This document shows, piece by piece, positions 14,075 to 28,800 of a stretch of 64,000 bases of DNA. The DNA lies in contig NC_068985.1 in the NCBI RefSeq assembly GCF_001194135.2, positions 68,230,194-68,294,193 on the forward strand, read 5' to 3'. This stretch comes from Octopus bimaculoides. Lineage: Eukaryota. Below the pieces are notes generated by a model. The model did no database searches. It was not told the DNA's origin and worked only from the letters and a program-made list of their open reading frames with translations. Position numbers and translations under genes: made by a program. How positions within the stretch are numbered: the first letter of the stretch is position 1; each line of letters opens with the position of its first letter.

Positions 14075-16869
14075 ATGTGTGTGTATGTGTGTGTGTGTGT
14101 GTATGTGTGTGTATGCGTACGAATGTATGTCTATGCTTGTATTTCGTTGGGTTGCGCATTTTCGGTGCAGTGCGTAAGTTGTCAAAATACACAATTTAGA
14201 AGACAGTATAGTATAGAAACGCGTATATATGTGTATTGTTACACAATATCGTTTCCTTATTGCTAAAGGTTTCCTCCGTCAACAGTAGTTCTAATCGGGA
14301 AATCTGAAATGAATCAATACGCGGTATGTGTGTGTGTGTATGTGGATTTGTGTTCACGCGTGCGTGCGTGTGCGTGTGGTTGTGTTTGTGCATATGCCTG
14401 TACGCGCGCGCGTATGCAAAATTTTGTTTTATATCTTGAAGCTTTTCCATTTTTTAAAAATCGTCTTGGTGCTCTCCCTATTATTGCAGCATACTATTTT
14501 GACATATTGTTCTTCAAGTCTTACAGGGAATTATTTTGTTTGTACGCATTTATTTATTTAAACTGTTTCTCGAAAAGTCCTGTTTATATAATTTCCTTTT
14601 ATTTCTGCTTTTTCATCGCCGAGATTATTTAGAAGCGAAATGAAATTATAATAGTTAATATTTTGAGAAGTCAATCTGGTGAAACTTATAACGCTGAGAG
14701 GCAATGTGATGGTCTCAACTTCTGATCGTTAAACTTTAGAATTGCTTACAATCTCTTATTCATTATATTCCCTCTCTTTCTGTCTTTCATTCCCCCTTTC
14801 TCTCATTCTCACACTCTCTCTTTCTCTCACGTTCTCATTCTCTCCCCCCCCTCTCCCTCTCTCTAATTCTGGAGGAAAGAAAATATTAAAAAATACCTAT
14901 CAACGAAGTCTTCTGTTGCAAAATAATTAAATTAACATCGTAAAGTTGTCAAAGCTGTAACTAGGTTTTCGAGATATTTTTAGTTAAACATGAAATCACA
15001 AATTTTTACACGATGCCTGGAGATGAATACACTTACAACTACAAGCGCAGTCGCACGCACGCACACATACGCACCCACACACACACACTCAACTCTTGTA
15101 CACATATGCGCATTCAGATACATGCACACAGATACAAACACAATAACATGTATGTGTCACCACATATCAAATCACAAATGATCTTACACCATGAAAGATC
15201 ACACATAATTTAGTCAGAAACAGTCAATAAAATGTTAAACAGAGGGACACATATATGCGTTCATCCGCACACACACGCTTATGCGTGTATGTTTTTGTGT
15301 ATTATTATGTATCCGAATGCGGATCATTTTGCAATTGAGTGTATATCTGTACATATATTGCACATCTTATTTGTCAATGTGTACTTTAAATTATAATGCA
15401 CGCGAAAAAATATTCTTAAGGGAAAGAATGATATTAAGAAAGAATAGAAAACAATACTTCTTCGTATGTTCCTATTTCACATGACATGAAGCTACATATA
15501 AACAAATAAAAAGTTGCAACCGTAGGGAGCAGAGCATATATCGCCTATAGATTGTATGCAGCATTTAAAAACTATTCCCTTTTGTGCAGGTATTAATATT
15601 ATTCAATATTTCATTTGTATTCTGTATATACATTTTCGATTTATCAATTATGGATTCACTGAGAGTATCTGACGACAGTGTTTCTAATCTTGATAAAAGG
15701 ATTCCATGACAAACATACTGAAAAGATACTTGAGAGACAAGGTTTAATTCTAGTTGGTAATTTCTTGTATTAAATCTGTCCTCCCCAGGGGTTATTCAGA
15801 CGTGGTTATATATATANNNNNNNNNNNNNNNNNNNNNNNNNNNNNNNNNNNNNNNNNNNNNNNNNNNNNNNNNNNNNNNNNNNNNNNNNNNNNNNNNNNN
15901 NNNNNNNNNNNNNNNNNNNNNNNNNNNNNNNNNNNNNNNNNNNNNNNNNNNNNNNNNNNNNNNNNNNNNNNNNNNNNNNNNNNNNATATATATATATATA
16001 TATAATACACGTTTCAATAAAATGACTGTGGCCATGCTGAATGAAGCACCACCTTTAGTCGAGCAAATCGACCTCAGGACTTATTCTCTGCAAGCTATTC
16101 TATCGGTCTCTTTTCGAACCGCTGTTTTGGGAACATTAACACACACATACATAAATATATATACACACATATATATATACATACATATATATACGACGGG
16201 CTTCTTTCAGTTTCGTATACCATATCCACTCACAACGATTTGATTGGCCCTAGGCTATAAAAAGAAGCTACTTGACCAACTTACCACACAGTGTGACTGA
16301 ACCCGGAGCCATGTGGTTAGGATGCAAGCTTCTTACCATGCAGCTACAAGCTGTTCGGGCCTGGCCCGAGTATAAATTTTGTAAAGTGAACGTGTATTTG
16401 CAAGGTGATTTAATGTCTACCAACACTGACTTCAAGTAAATAATTACAGCCCAATAACTCGGGCTCCTTTTATTGAGTCTCGTCGCAGTTCATTTAATTT
16501 TGTTCAGCTTCTTGCGGTTGTCTTAGAGTCCGAGATCTTATATATAATCGTAAAGATTAAACGTAATTTGAATTCAATGTTTTCTTGGAACAAAATATTT
16601 CTATTGAGATTGGGATTTAAATTCTAATCTCTGAAGAGTTTCCGTTCTACAATATTCTTAAAGGACCGAAAAAGTATCCAGCAACAGGGCTAATACGAAC
16701 GAGTCTGGTAGATGTAAAAGACTAACTGGCATCTTCTGTCAGGAGTATAGGCGACAGTAAGATTGCTGATGTTTATTGTGCACTCCGCTGTCGTTATTTG
16801 ATTGTTGTTATTTTGTGCGTTTGCATGTAAAGAACAGTTGCATGGTTGCTTTATTTTTATCCTTTGCTT

Positions 16870-18900
16870 ACAAATGAAGACAGAGTGCTAGATATAAAAA
16901 AAATAAGCCATATAGGGCTAGAAATATTGCAGTAAAACGTGAATTTTTTCGAGCAGGCAGGCTTTTCATTGAAGTCTAAAGAAGGAACTCGAACATTCCA
17001 GATAGAATGTTATGAACAGATTGATTGACTTTGTGCAAGTAGTGTAACAGAGAAACTTTACTACTGGCCATGATTGTTGTTTCAACCAAAAGTTAATCGG
17101 TTGTGGCCAGATGGAGGCTATTATAATTATAAAAATATTCTGTTTGGCTTTAAGCATCACAGTAAATCTGCGAGTCATTTAAGTAGTAATAAAAGCTTGA
17201 AAGCTTTCGAACTGTACGATATTTTGACAACTATTAGTGAGTCTACTAAACTGGAAAAAGAACGGCATAACAAAGAAACTGAAGAAAATAGACTATATTT
17301 TAAGCAATTAACAAATACAGTGATATACCTGTGTAGGAGGTGCTTTTACGTGGACATGTTGAAGGAAGTGAAAGCATTAGTAGAGGAAATTACCGTCAAC
17401 TATTGCAGTGCCTTGATGGAATCGACAGCGTGTTTGCTTCTAGACTTTCTACTAAAGAGGGAGCGAAACAGTTAATAAAACTCCGTTTATGTCTATACAA
17501 GTCCACGAAACTATAGACTGTGCAATGCATTCCCAACTATCGATCATAATAAGATATGCATATGAAGACAAAAGCTGTGAACCATTTCTGGGATTCCTTG
17601 AAGTCGGTGATGATAAAAGTGCTACAAGACTGGCTGATGTGATCGCAGCTACGTTGAACTCGTTCAGTGAGGCTACGGATGAATTAGTGAGTCAGACTTA
17701 CGACGAAATACCGGTAATAGCAGGGACGCTAAACGGAGTACAGAGCAAGCTAAGGGATAAAGAATTTAAACACGCGCACTTCATTCACTGCTATGCGCAT
17801 AAACTTAACTTTGTCTAGAGCAAAAGTGCCGAGAAAGTGAGTGGAGTAAAAATGTTTTTTTCTCATTCCCCGAGGGGAAATGTTTTCAGGCATTTTAATG
17901 TCAGTATTCCATCACTGTACGGAATATTATGGTGCTATAGATCACGAACTGTGTCATCCATAAAACTTTTGCATGAAAACTTGAAAATTGCCGTCACAAG
18001 TATTCTAGGCTTTAGTGAAAAGTGGGATGAAGATAAACTTTGTCAAACAGAAAATCTATTGGCAAAGTTGAATACTTCACATTCATGTTTTGCATCAATT
18101 GCTTTCATAACATACTTTCGCAGGCTGGAAAAGTTTTTCATACCCTACAGTATAAGGTACTCGAAATAAAGCATGATCAGAGTAAACTAAATGACTTCAT
18201 TCATTTTCTTGAAGTTTATTGTAAGCGTGAACATTATGAAATCAATAATGCGTGATACAGTTGCTGACATTGAACAGGCAGATGAGTTCGATCCTCCTCG
18301 TACAAAAAGTCAGAAAGGTACAAATTAATTACAAAACTACCTATTTTGAAATTAGTAGATAACATTGAAATTAGTAGATAATATTCTAATGTCCTTACCA
18401 GAGAGATTTTCTGACATTCAGGAGTATGCATTTTTTTTATTACTAAAAGATAAGCTTGAAGAGTTTTCTAACTCATTTCCTATGCAAAATATTGACTCTC
18501 TAGAAAATAAGATCCCTGTATATTTTACTGTAAGAGCTTGGTGAGCGAGCTAAAATATGTGTATACTGACAGTGATGTCGAAAGGTGCAAGTCAATCAAC
18601 TCCTTTTTAGATTTACTGCATAAATTGGAGTTGACTCCCGCTATATCGGAATCTATTAAACTAATTAAGCTAGTGCTGACCAGCCCCCTAACATCAGTTG
18701 CTAATAAGAGAAGTTTCTCAACGTTGGATAGAATCTACTGATCTATGAGAAGCATAATGTCCCTAGAACAGCTGTTTCACTGGCTCAGTTTTCCACCCAG
18801 AAAAGCATTTTGGACGACTTGGACAGGAAGGAGCTGCATGACAAAATATTACATGCATTCACCATCAGACCAAAACGAGTGGAGTTCATGTATAAATGAA
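16870..18900 (+). mobile_element. Near full-length decayed hAT (ZMYM1/Tip100-like) transposase
   Basis: TTF zinc finger region, SIQVHETID (DE.TD), SQTYDE, AHFIHCYAHKLNFV and C-terminal dimerisation motif LTSPLTSVANKRSFSTL; several stops and frameshifts. TIRs not found. Confidence 0.9.
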
Positions 18901-19546
18901 GAGAGTAATTTTTATATTAAAACTATATTTCTTTCGTATTTGGATTTGCTTTACAAGATTCTTTATGTAAATTCGTATGTTGAAGCATATTTTATTGTGT
19001 CTGGGGACAGTCATTCTCTTTTAGCACCTTATTATTTAACACACTCACCGGTTCAATTTCCACTCATTACTTATTTATTTTTTCTAAAATTTTCGTTGCG
19101 TCTTGCAACTTTGCAATAGTCGTTAACTCTGTCCGTTATCCGAGCTACGTTCTTTTTGTTTGTTTGTACGCATGTATGTGGCTCTGTATGCTTACGCATA
19201 CACATATGTACGTACGTATGTATATATGTATGTATGTATGTTTGTATGTATGTATGTATGTATGTATGTATGTATGCATGTATGTATGTAGGCATGCATG
19301 TATGTGTGTATGTATATATATATGTATGCATGCGTGTACGTTTGTATCTATGCATTCTGCATATTCATGTGTTTGTGTGTTTGTATGTGTGTGTATGGTC
19401 ATGAGTTTCAGTCTTCATCTGCGTATGTATGTGTTATGTGTGCGTGTGCGTGCTTGTCTGTCCATGTTACTTATGCATCTATCTACCTGCTTGTCTATCT
19501 GTTTACATTCATATCCATTTAACTACATACATATGCATATACATAT

Positions 19547-19579
<33 letters not shown>

Positions 19580-20369
19580 NNNNNNNNNNNNNNNNNNNNN
19601 NNNNNNNNNNNNNNNNNNNNNNNNNNNNNNNNNNNNNNNNNNNNNNNNNNNNNNNNNNNNNNNNNNNNNNNNNNNNNNNNNNNNNNNNNNNNNNNNNNNN
19701 NNNNNNNNNNNNNNNNNNNNNNNNNNNNNNNNNNNNNNNNNNNNNNNNNNNNNNNNNNNNNNNNNNNNNNNNNNNNNNNNNNNNNNNNNNNNNNNNNNNN
19801 NNNNNNNNNNNNNNNNNNNNNNNNNNNNNNNNNNNNNNNNNNNNNNNNNATATATAAACATAAATAATATATAATTATATGCATATATCCATACATATAT
19901 GTACATACCGACATCTATATGTATACTGGACAGGACAGTGACAACAAACCTTAAGGGCTGTTAGGCCAAGACGATAGAAAAATTATTATTTTTTCGAACG
20001 CGAAGTTAGATGTGAATGAGAGACAAAAAACATTCACGTCTTTTCTGTAGGAAGGCAGGAAGTAGAAAGAAAGAATCCCTTTCATCACGTGTCAGCGACG
20101 AGAGGGTCAAGGAGGAGGAGTAAGAGTGGGAACGGTGAAAGAAAGAGAACAATCAGGGAGGGTTGGGAGCGAAAAATAGAAAGAATGAAGTACAAGAGAG
20201 GGAGAGAGATAGAGACAGGGAAGCGACAGCAATAGTAGTAGAATGCGCAGTAGAAAATATTAAGATAAAACTTACTTGGAGGCAATGCGTGCCGTTCGAT
20301 CATATAATAACATAAATAATATATAATTATATGCATATATCTATACATATATGTACATACCGACATCTT

Positions 20370-21285
20370 TGACATGTTGGTAGAGTATGTTGGTAGAGTA
20401 TGACATGTTGGTTGAGTATGGAGGACGGTTTTTTGTCGTTATATTGTCTCAAAAAGTCATTTAGTCTCTCCACAATGCTCCAAGATGTCGCACCTATGTA
20501 TATCATGTTCTTGTCTTTACAAGCACCTTCTATGCATCTTATGCACTAGACTACATTTCTAGTTCTACAGTTAATGCAAGGATGAGTCTTACGTACCATT
20601 CAGTTATTAATGGTGCGTGTAATATTATCAAAGGGGTCCGTCGTACATAGTTGTGATCTGATGGAGCTCCCTGGCTTTTCAACGATCTTAATGTTGAGCT
20701 TGGCCTCCTTCAGATCTTTCCTAACTTTACGGGCTAGTTCTCCATGGGTTGTGGCCTCTACAATCACCCCTTAACATTTGTCGGTCTTGTACCACGTTTT
20801 CACCCTGTGTGCTTTGTCACAATCTCTTTGTATCGTTTTCCAGTCTTTACTTCTATATCGAAGGCAGGTGCCACTGGTCTCATTACACATAATGCTATCG
20901 AACTTCTTTCAAGCACCCCTGTATACCCGAACCCTATCTTTATGATCATGTCCAGAGAACTGCATGCGGTGCATGAAGTTTTGTACATATGTTGTTTGAC
21001 AAAGCTGAGATCTTGTTAACGACATATTTGGAATCTATAGGTTTCATGTAATAGGAGTGGAGGAACAGCATTCTGTTGTTCACAGTCTGTAATCAAAGTT
21101 CAGTATCAAGGACGGTGAATCTATTGGTAGGGTGCCTAGTAGGGTAATCTATAGTTATCTTGATAATTTGATGGATGGAGTTAGCTACGTGCTGGATGCT
21201 CTCCATTATGCTCATCTCGGTTTCTACATTACCGTTATTAGATTTAACTGAAAGAGTATGATTGTGAAAACAAGCCATTAAAAGT
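20370..21285 (-). mobile_element. Penelope-like element 3' fragment (RT thumb plus GIY-YIG endonuclease)
   Basis: ANSIHQIIKITIDYP...FTVLDTEL (PLE RT C-terminus) and NVV*CIRC...MIYIGATS (GIY-YIG). Confidence 0.8.
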
Positions 21286-21711
21286 GATGAAACTTCGGAA
21301 GGATCTCTGGAGTAACATTACACATAAGGTATGTTGTTTTTATATTAATGAATCTATCCAAGTCGAGACGCTACTTCTCGGAATTTAGATGCCACAGCTC
21401 CATAACTACTGATATTTGTTTAAAATGTGGCTGGAAAGAATCACAAGTATTAGTACGCGTGGGAATCGAACCTACACCTCTTGTATTCGCAATAAGCATG
21501 CCAATCGATTACAAACTGTGTGTAATTTTGAGCATACTTATGGTGGATATATGTGTTCGATTCTTACGCGTACTAATAAACACTGTCTTCTGTCGAGGGC
21601 TTATATGCCCGAATATTAGCTTATTTTCTTCAGCTAATACACGGTGAGAACAGAAAAAACTTAAAGCTTATCATTATTAATTTACACACACACACACACA
21701 AACACACACAT

Positions 21712-21754
<43 letters not shown>

Positions 21755-22049
21755 TATATATATAGATATTTATGTATGTGTATATGTATGCATGTAAGTA
21801 TATGTGTGTGTATGTAATCCTTTGTAGAATAAACAAGAATATGGAATATACTTTACGAACTAACCAGAAACGTAGTTGGCTGCTGTAATTTTGGTTTGCT
21901 CCAAAGTGAGATATAGATACGAAGAAGTGCAGGAGTGAAGATACTATCCAAAGTCGTTTGATGTTTACATAGCAATATGTCTCTGTTCGGCTCACTATAA
22001 GAACTGAGCTCATTAGTAACCCACTTATTCTGTGTTATTTTCAGGATTA

Positions 22050-22950
22050 GAATCATTATCAGCAAAATCTTCCAGACCTTCTGTAAATGCCAAACGTTTA
22101 GTCAAAACCTTTGTATTCAACTGAAATGGACCATTCTGAGCTTTTCTATATTCTTGCACTGCAGCTTAGTCATGTCATCAGCATCTCATTAGACAAATTT
22201 CATTCGTTGTACCTAACAATTCAAACGCAGCATCTTCAACAACTTCATTTAATCCGCAACATTTGACAGTGTTACTTAATTTTGGAGTACGTGTAGATTT
22301 TCTGCTCTTGGCAAAGCAAGAAATTCAGCGTGAGTGTCTGGGTCAGAGGCAGACTGAGAATATTAAGGGCCCTTGGGCATAATTGTTTACCGGGCCCCTT
22401 AGCATTGATTTAGCTTACATGTAGAGTACAGGCCACACAGTGCTCCGGGTCATTGGGCAGTGCTCAATTGACCGACGGCTCAGTCCACTCCTGGTCTGGG
22501 TATATATTTTGCAAATATCATTCCTAACTGGATGTTTTATTTCATAACATGACATGGGTACGGTATCAACCACACTCTTTTTAACATGTTATAGTAGACT
22601 GTATCTGTAAGTTGATTCTCCCCATCAACTACTCTTATGAAGTGATCATATTTTGACTCTCTTGCAGGATTAAAAAGCTGTATTGTTGACTATATACTTC
22701 ATTTGCACTTTCGCAGTATAAGAAATATCATGTTACGCCACTGGATGACTTGGCGCAAAAGATTAGCCGTTTGGAGACTTTATCTAATCATATATTTATC
22801 ATTACGATTTGTTTTTACCGTATATCTTCCGAGCTTTAAGATTTATGCAGTATGAGTGTTTTGCCTCCTGTATCAAACATAATCACTTTACACCTCCTTT
22901 TCGCGCTGCTTTCATAACTTCCATTTCTAGATTCTCTTCCTTCCTGTCAT
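22050..22950 (-). mobile_element. Possible very old hAT transposase remnant hosting the MITE
   Basis: KCCGLNEVVEDAA resembles 'HC..H.LNLVV.DA'; weak similarity otherwise. Confidence 0.3.
22344..22493. mobile_element. 150-bp hAT-type MITE with perfect 8-bp TSD
   Basis: Imperfect TIRs CAGAGGCAGACTGAG / CTCAGTCCACTCCTG; identical flanks GTCTGGGT at 22336-22343 and 22494-22501. Confidence 0.9.
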
Positions 22951-24469
22951 CCTTTTTTTATGGATAATATACTGCAGCTTGCGTGTTTCTAGATAAATCG
23001 AGTAGCAGCAATGAATGTCGACAAAATCCACACGATGCTGTTCCAAAGAATGTGGTAATGTTCTGGATGGGATACAAAATATAGAAGAAAACAAACGAAA
23101 GAGATGAAGAGGTAATGATTGATTAAATACTCTTTCATTAGATTTAGGAACACGATTAGGTCAGTTGAATTGATGCACGCGTAAATAATGTAGGAGAACA
23201 CGTAGGTCCTACCTAATTTCGAAAGACAAAACGTACGTATCTTCTTCATTTTACTCCAAAAATTAATATGTAACCGAATTTTCTGAAATGCGAAATTATA
23301 GGATTTATTTGTTTATTGGTTTCAGTAATTGGACCACAGAGTTACTGAGGTACTACGTTAAAAGGTTTAGTCGAAAAAATGTATCTCTAACAGTTGTTCT
23401 ATTGGTCTCTTATTGCCGAAACGTAAAATTACGAGGTAGTAAACAAACCAAAACTGGTTCTACATACACAAATATTTAAATAGAACAGGTAAGAGAAATG
23501 AAGAAAGAGAATAGTTGCAAATTTCATTCGTTTATAGCTGTTACATAAACTTGTTCGTTCATCATCAGCTAGTCGAGCTTGCTTGGACATTTGTTATTTA
23601 TATAATATATATTACTTGAACATACGCACTTATACAAAATATACATATAAATATATATCTACACACATATATACAAGCTGAAATATTCACAAACAGACTA
23701 ATCTTCAAAACGATAGTTGGTCTTTCAAAACATCAATTCTATTGCAGACAGCAAACTGAAGTAATATATATCCCCAATGATAGATTTACTCAGAAGGTTA
23801 CAACTTATGGTTTGCTTCAAAGGAGCAATAGCCATATATCAATATAAATTCAGAGAAAAATGTAGTAGATAAATACAATGAATTAAAACATTCAAAAACA
23901 TAAAAACAAAAATTCAAAAATCAGAAAAATATAAATGTAAATAAAAAATAATTTTATCAAAGAAGTTGGCTTCAAAGGATGACATGGGTACTAAGAGAGA
24001 ACTATTTTCTTATGAAAGGTAGGTTCACCAGTTTAACCATATCTTTAACTTCTATATTTTACATATTTCAGTCAATAGACTCTGGTGATACAAGGGCAAC
24101 ACCTGAAGAATTTTAGTCGAATGAATCGACATTAGCACTTCTTAAATTCTTTAAAGTCTGGTACTTATTATTCTACTCTCCCTTTTGCTAATTTTCGAAG
24201 ACGCTCACTCACCAATATCAGTTGCCAAACGGTGTATGCGACAAACACAGCCGCAAAGAGACACGTATGCACACACAGAAACTGGGAGACTGGCTGCACG
24301 GATTTTTAAAGGACAGAAGTCTAGCAGAGTTACTCAGGTAACTGTATTGGACCACTACTGTTTTTAGTGGCTCTCTCAGATTTGCCGTCAGTCGTACAGT
24401 CAGCTACTCTCACCAGCTACGCTACTTATACAAAAAGTATCTCAAGCAGTCAAGGACTCTGATGACGTA

Positions 24470-24910
24470 GCGACCTGCAAAGCGACCTGCATGCAATATA
24501 AAAATGGGCTGACGAAATAACATGCAGTTCAATGCTCATTAGTTTCAAGCACTCTGCTATCGGCCCACATACAGACTAAATTTCAAATACATAAGACTAG
24601 GGGGAAACCCAGAGTCAGAATCGGTGCTTGACCTTGGAATCCACACGAGTAGTGATGCAACATTCCATATGCATATTGCCAGGATGGCAACACTGTGCAG
24701 GCGAATAACTGGATAGAGCCGTATACCATTCAAAACCAGGATACCTTGCTACTCCTTTGACGGACATTTGTCCTCAGTCGTCTGGATTAGTGCTCCCAAC
24801 TGTGGTCACCGCAGAGTGTCAAATTGGTGGCGGAACTTGAGGCGATCCAACTACACAAAGAAGATTGACTTGGTGCAACAGATGAACTACTGGGAGAGGC
24901 TACAAGAATA
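24470..24910 (+). mobile_element. CR1-like LINE post-RT fragment
   Basis: WADEITCSS (frameshifted NNMQFN), DLGIHTSSDATF, FVLSRLD and NYWERL motifs. Confidence 0.75.
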
Positions 24911-25017
24911 GAAATAATAATAATGACATCGAAAAATACCTTAGGAATGAGAACCCATGTTCCCTATATAGATAGATAGATAAGTATATATACATATACA
25001 TATACACATGTGTGTGC

Positions 25018-25057
<40 letters not shown>

Positions 25058-25549
25058 NNNNNNNNNNNNNNNNNNNNNNNNNNNNNNNNNNNNNNNNNNN
25101 NNNNNNNNNNNNNNNNNNNNNNNNNNNNNNNNNNNNNNNNNNNNNNNNNNNNNNNNNNNNNNNNNNNNNNNNNNNNNNNNNNNNNNNNNNNNNNNNNNNN
25201 NNNNNNNNNNNNNNNNNNNNNNNNNNNNNNNNNNNNNNNNNNNNNNNNNNNNNNNNNNNNNNNNNNNNNNNNNNNNNNNNNNNNNNNNNNNNNNNNNNNN
25301 NNNNNNNNNNNNNNNNNNNNNNNNNNNNNNNNNNNNNNNNNNNNNNNNNNNNNNNNNNNNNNNNNNNNNTATATATAGTGAGAGAGAGACTCGCACACAT
25401 ACTCGCAGAAAGCCACAAATATAAAAGACTTGCTGTCTTCCCGGTTTACATCATTTCTGCATATAACCTGCATAAAAGGTGGGAAATAGAAACACTTCAT
25501 TATACTCTATCGTATTAAGTTAACCTTGTATACTCATATTTCCTTTTGT

Positions 25550-27190
25550 AAATTTTGTTTCATTTCTCTTTTGCGATTTGCTGTTCTTGCTGGTTTGATG
25601 TATAATGTTCCTTCAGCAAATTCAGCATCTGATATGATTTTTGCTTTCACCCTCTTGCTCTGAGCCGGTGCTACACTAAAGCTCTGAGCCAGTGCTACAC
25701 CAGAGTTCTGGTGTTTCTCTAACGCAAGACGCATACAATAGTCCACCACGATGAATAAAAAGTAGGGAGCTAATGTATATCCCTGAAGCACTCCGTCCAG
25801 TATCTCGAAGAACTCCGTCATCCCGTTAGGTGTAATGATTTGGGCTCTTGTGTTAGTGAGAAGCAGTGATATCATGTCCAGTATCTTCTTGGGGATTCCA
25901 GAAGCCTGTAAGATCTTCATCAGGCAGTGACGGTCCACAGAATCAAATGCCTTCCTAAGTCAATGCAAGCCATGACAGCGGGAAGACTCTTTGCTCTAGC
26001 TCCCTGTAATACCTTCTTCACCATTAGGATGTGATTGGTGGTTGATATTCCTTCTCTGAAGCCGTTCTGGTTGACCTTGAGCTTATTTTCCATCTCGAGC
26101 TGCATCCTGTTAAGAACCATTCAGTTGAAGGTCTTTGCCACGATTGACATCAGTGAGATCCCATTGTAGTTGTTGGTGTCAGAGAGATTTCCCATCTTTT
26201 TACTGATCCTCCACTGAACGATTTTACTGATCCTCCACTGAATCGGGGCAACTCATTTTTCCAGTGCCTGGTTACAGAACTCCAGGACGATATCATCAAA
26301 ATCACACCTCTTCATCACCTCTGTGCTACTGCATCTTATTCATAAGCCCTGCTCTCTTTGCTCTTCTTCTTGGCTCTCTGAATCTCCTCATTGGCAACGG
26401 GTCCTGTCTAAATATCCAGTTCCTCAAACCGCTGTCTGATCTCCCCAGTGTTTCGGATTGTGGAAGGCGGCTCTCTTAGTAGAGTTTTAGAATGGTTAAG
26501 CCATTTACTCTTGAGGATCGTCCAGCTCTCTTTACAAGACTCGTCAACGACTCTCTCCACACTTCTGATCTTCTCCATAAGTGCCTCAGTGTAATCGGTA
26601 CAGTTCTTCCGTCATCACCTCCAAATTCTCTTTCATCTCCTCCGCAGGATCAGCAAGGAATTGGTCCTTAACATCTTTCAGATGTTCTCTAGCTGCACGC
26701 ACTTTGTGGTCTGCAGAGCAGACGTTCCATCTCTTCTTCTCTCTCCTCAGAACCTCACTTACTTCTGCCACTGCTCTGGCGAAGTACCTGTATCTCAACG
26801 TCACACTCTCCTCAGTCCCTAGAATCTCTCCTCTGCCTCTCCACACGGAGCACTTCTACTGTGTACCCCTCCTGTAGCTTATCATCTTCCTTGAAAGCTC
26901 CCCAGTCATAGATTGTTCTCTGGGGTGAGCCGTACTCTTTCTTGAGCTCACATGGACCTTACTTATAACAGTCCGGTGGTCACTGCCCAGTGTACTGAAA
27001 TAGTTGCATGTTTCTGTGTTCAGAACACTTTTCCGCCACTTCTTCCACACCAGAATGAGCTCAATCTGTGACTTGGACAGCTGCATATGAGATATGTAGG
27101 TCCATATTTTCCTTGGATTCTTCCTAAGCCTTGGGTTGACTGCCATCAAGTTCGCCTCCAGCAGGTGTCCGTGAGTACTCTCCCATTTCG
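25550..27190 (-). mobile_element. RTE-clade LINE (endonuclease end to RT)
   Basis: SQIELILV, GSDHRTV, NQNGFREGISTTNHIL and GVLQGYTLAPYFLFIVVDY motifs. Confidence 0.9.
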
Positions 27191-28053
27191 GTTAATGTTG
27201 TTATGGAAGTTATTCTCTAAATATCCAGGCAAGTTACACGAAAGAACTTAATCTTTTGATATATGACTATGTTTACGGTTTCGATTCCACAACACCTAAG
27301 TTTGAATTAGTGCGATCTAAATTAGACATGAATTCACTAAAACGCCTTTGAATGGAATGCATTTGAGGAACACTATGCGAAATTTCATCCATCATGTATG
27401 TGTGTGTGTACTTGAATGCGCGCATTAGTGTGTAAGAAAGAATGTATATATGTACATCTATATATATGCATATAAATGTACATATAAATATGTATATACA
27501 TATGTATATATATGTATATATATATTGCATGTGTATATATATACACATACACACATAGATTGGCAATTGTATATATANNNNNNNNNNNNNNNNNNNNNNN
27601 NNNNNNNNNNNNNNNNNNNNNNNNNNNNNNNNNNNNNNNNNNNNNNNNNNNNNNNNNNNNNNNNNNNNNNNNNNNNNNNNNNNNNNNNNNNNNNNNNNNN
27701 NNNNNNNNNNNNNNNNNNNNNNNNNNNNNNNNNNNNNNNNNNNNNNNNNNNNNNNNNNNNNNNNNNNNNNNNNNNNNNNNNNNNNNNNNNNNNNNNNNNN
27801 NNNNNNNNNNNNNNNNNNNNNNNNNNNNNNNNNNNNNNNNATTATGACTAAAATCCAATGACTGCAACGCATTTTCAAACACACCCAGTGAAACTCAATA
27901 TTTGAATGAATATGTATGTATTCAAATTTACACCTAATACTGAATTTGCTCGGCATACGCACATAGTATATACGCAAACACGGTTCACACGCGCGTGTGT
28001 ATGTGTGTGTGCGCGCGCGTGCATATGTACGTGTGTATGTGTGTTTGTGTGTG

Positions 28054-28086
<33 letters not shown>

Positions 28087-28299
28087 TTGTTAGCGTGTGA
28101 TATGCTTGGGTTTTGTGTGTGATATTCAGAACACCTCTAACCTTCGCAAATATATGAACGCACCTATTTCTATGCACTCACATAGAAACTCAGAACGTTC
28201 TCATCAATATATATGCCTTCTTTAACGCTTAGAACCATTACGAGAGAATAACTTTTAGACGTCAAGGTATTTAGTCTTAAAAAGATCTTCAATTATTTC

Positions 28300-28800
28300 T
28301 GTCTTTCTGTCTTTCGCTTTGCCCTTTCCTATATTCCTTTAGGCAAATATTTCTCCTGTGTAGCTTCCACTCAACTGTGCAGAACTGATGATGTATCGAA
28401 AATAGAGCCATCTGACAGATAGCTGCCTGTAATTACAGTACATTCAGTGCATGAGACTCACCTCGCTACCCATTCGTTTTCTTACTAACATGTCATTAGT
28501 CCAAAATAGTTCGTTTGATTATATCATTTATCATATTCTACACCGTAGGCTTTGAACTGGCACTGGGTCTTTATTTCGATTATTCATTTCTTCCCAATTG
28601 TCTTGCTATTCGCTTTCTTTGAGAAAATAGGTATTTTTCTTTTGCCGATCTATAAACATATATCCCAAGTGTTGTGCCCAGGGGGACTAAGTAATCAACG
28701 ATTCGACCATTGCCTTTTCATTTTCTTCACATTTTCTCTTTCCAGTATCAATTGACTTTCATTTCTTTTTATGCTAGTCAAAGATTAGTAAGAACCGACT
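28300..28800 (-). mobile_element. Possible L1/Tx1-like RT C-terminal remnant
   Basis: HLGYMF...DNWEE...RGESHALNVL...RWLY resembles 'YLGI...NW...RG+V.VLN.L..SKLWY'. Confidence 0.35.

Noticed and set aside
20030-20100. HHR-like GUGAUGA...GAAA on the minus strand in the PLE tail unit
   Set aside because: Core C3 is absent, stem II does not close adjacent to GAAA, and there is no matching stem I.
21440-21505. tRNA gene on the minus strand (GGTTCGATTCCC B-box)
   Set aside because: Acceptor and anticodon stems do not fold; probably a decayed tRNA-derived SINE head.
28384-28420. CUGAUGA-UGUAUC-GAAA
   Set aside because: U.C at the stem II closing position and no stem I, stem III or NUH geometry; likely chance.
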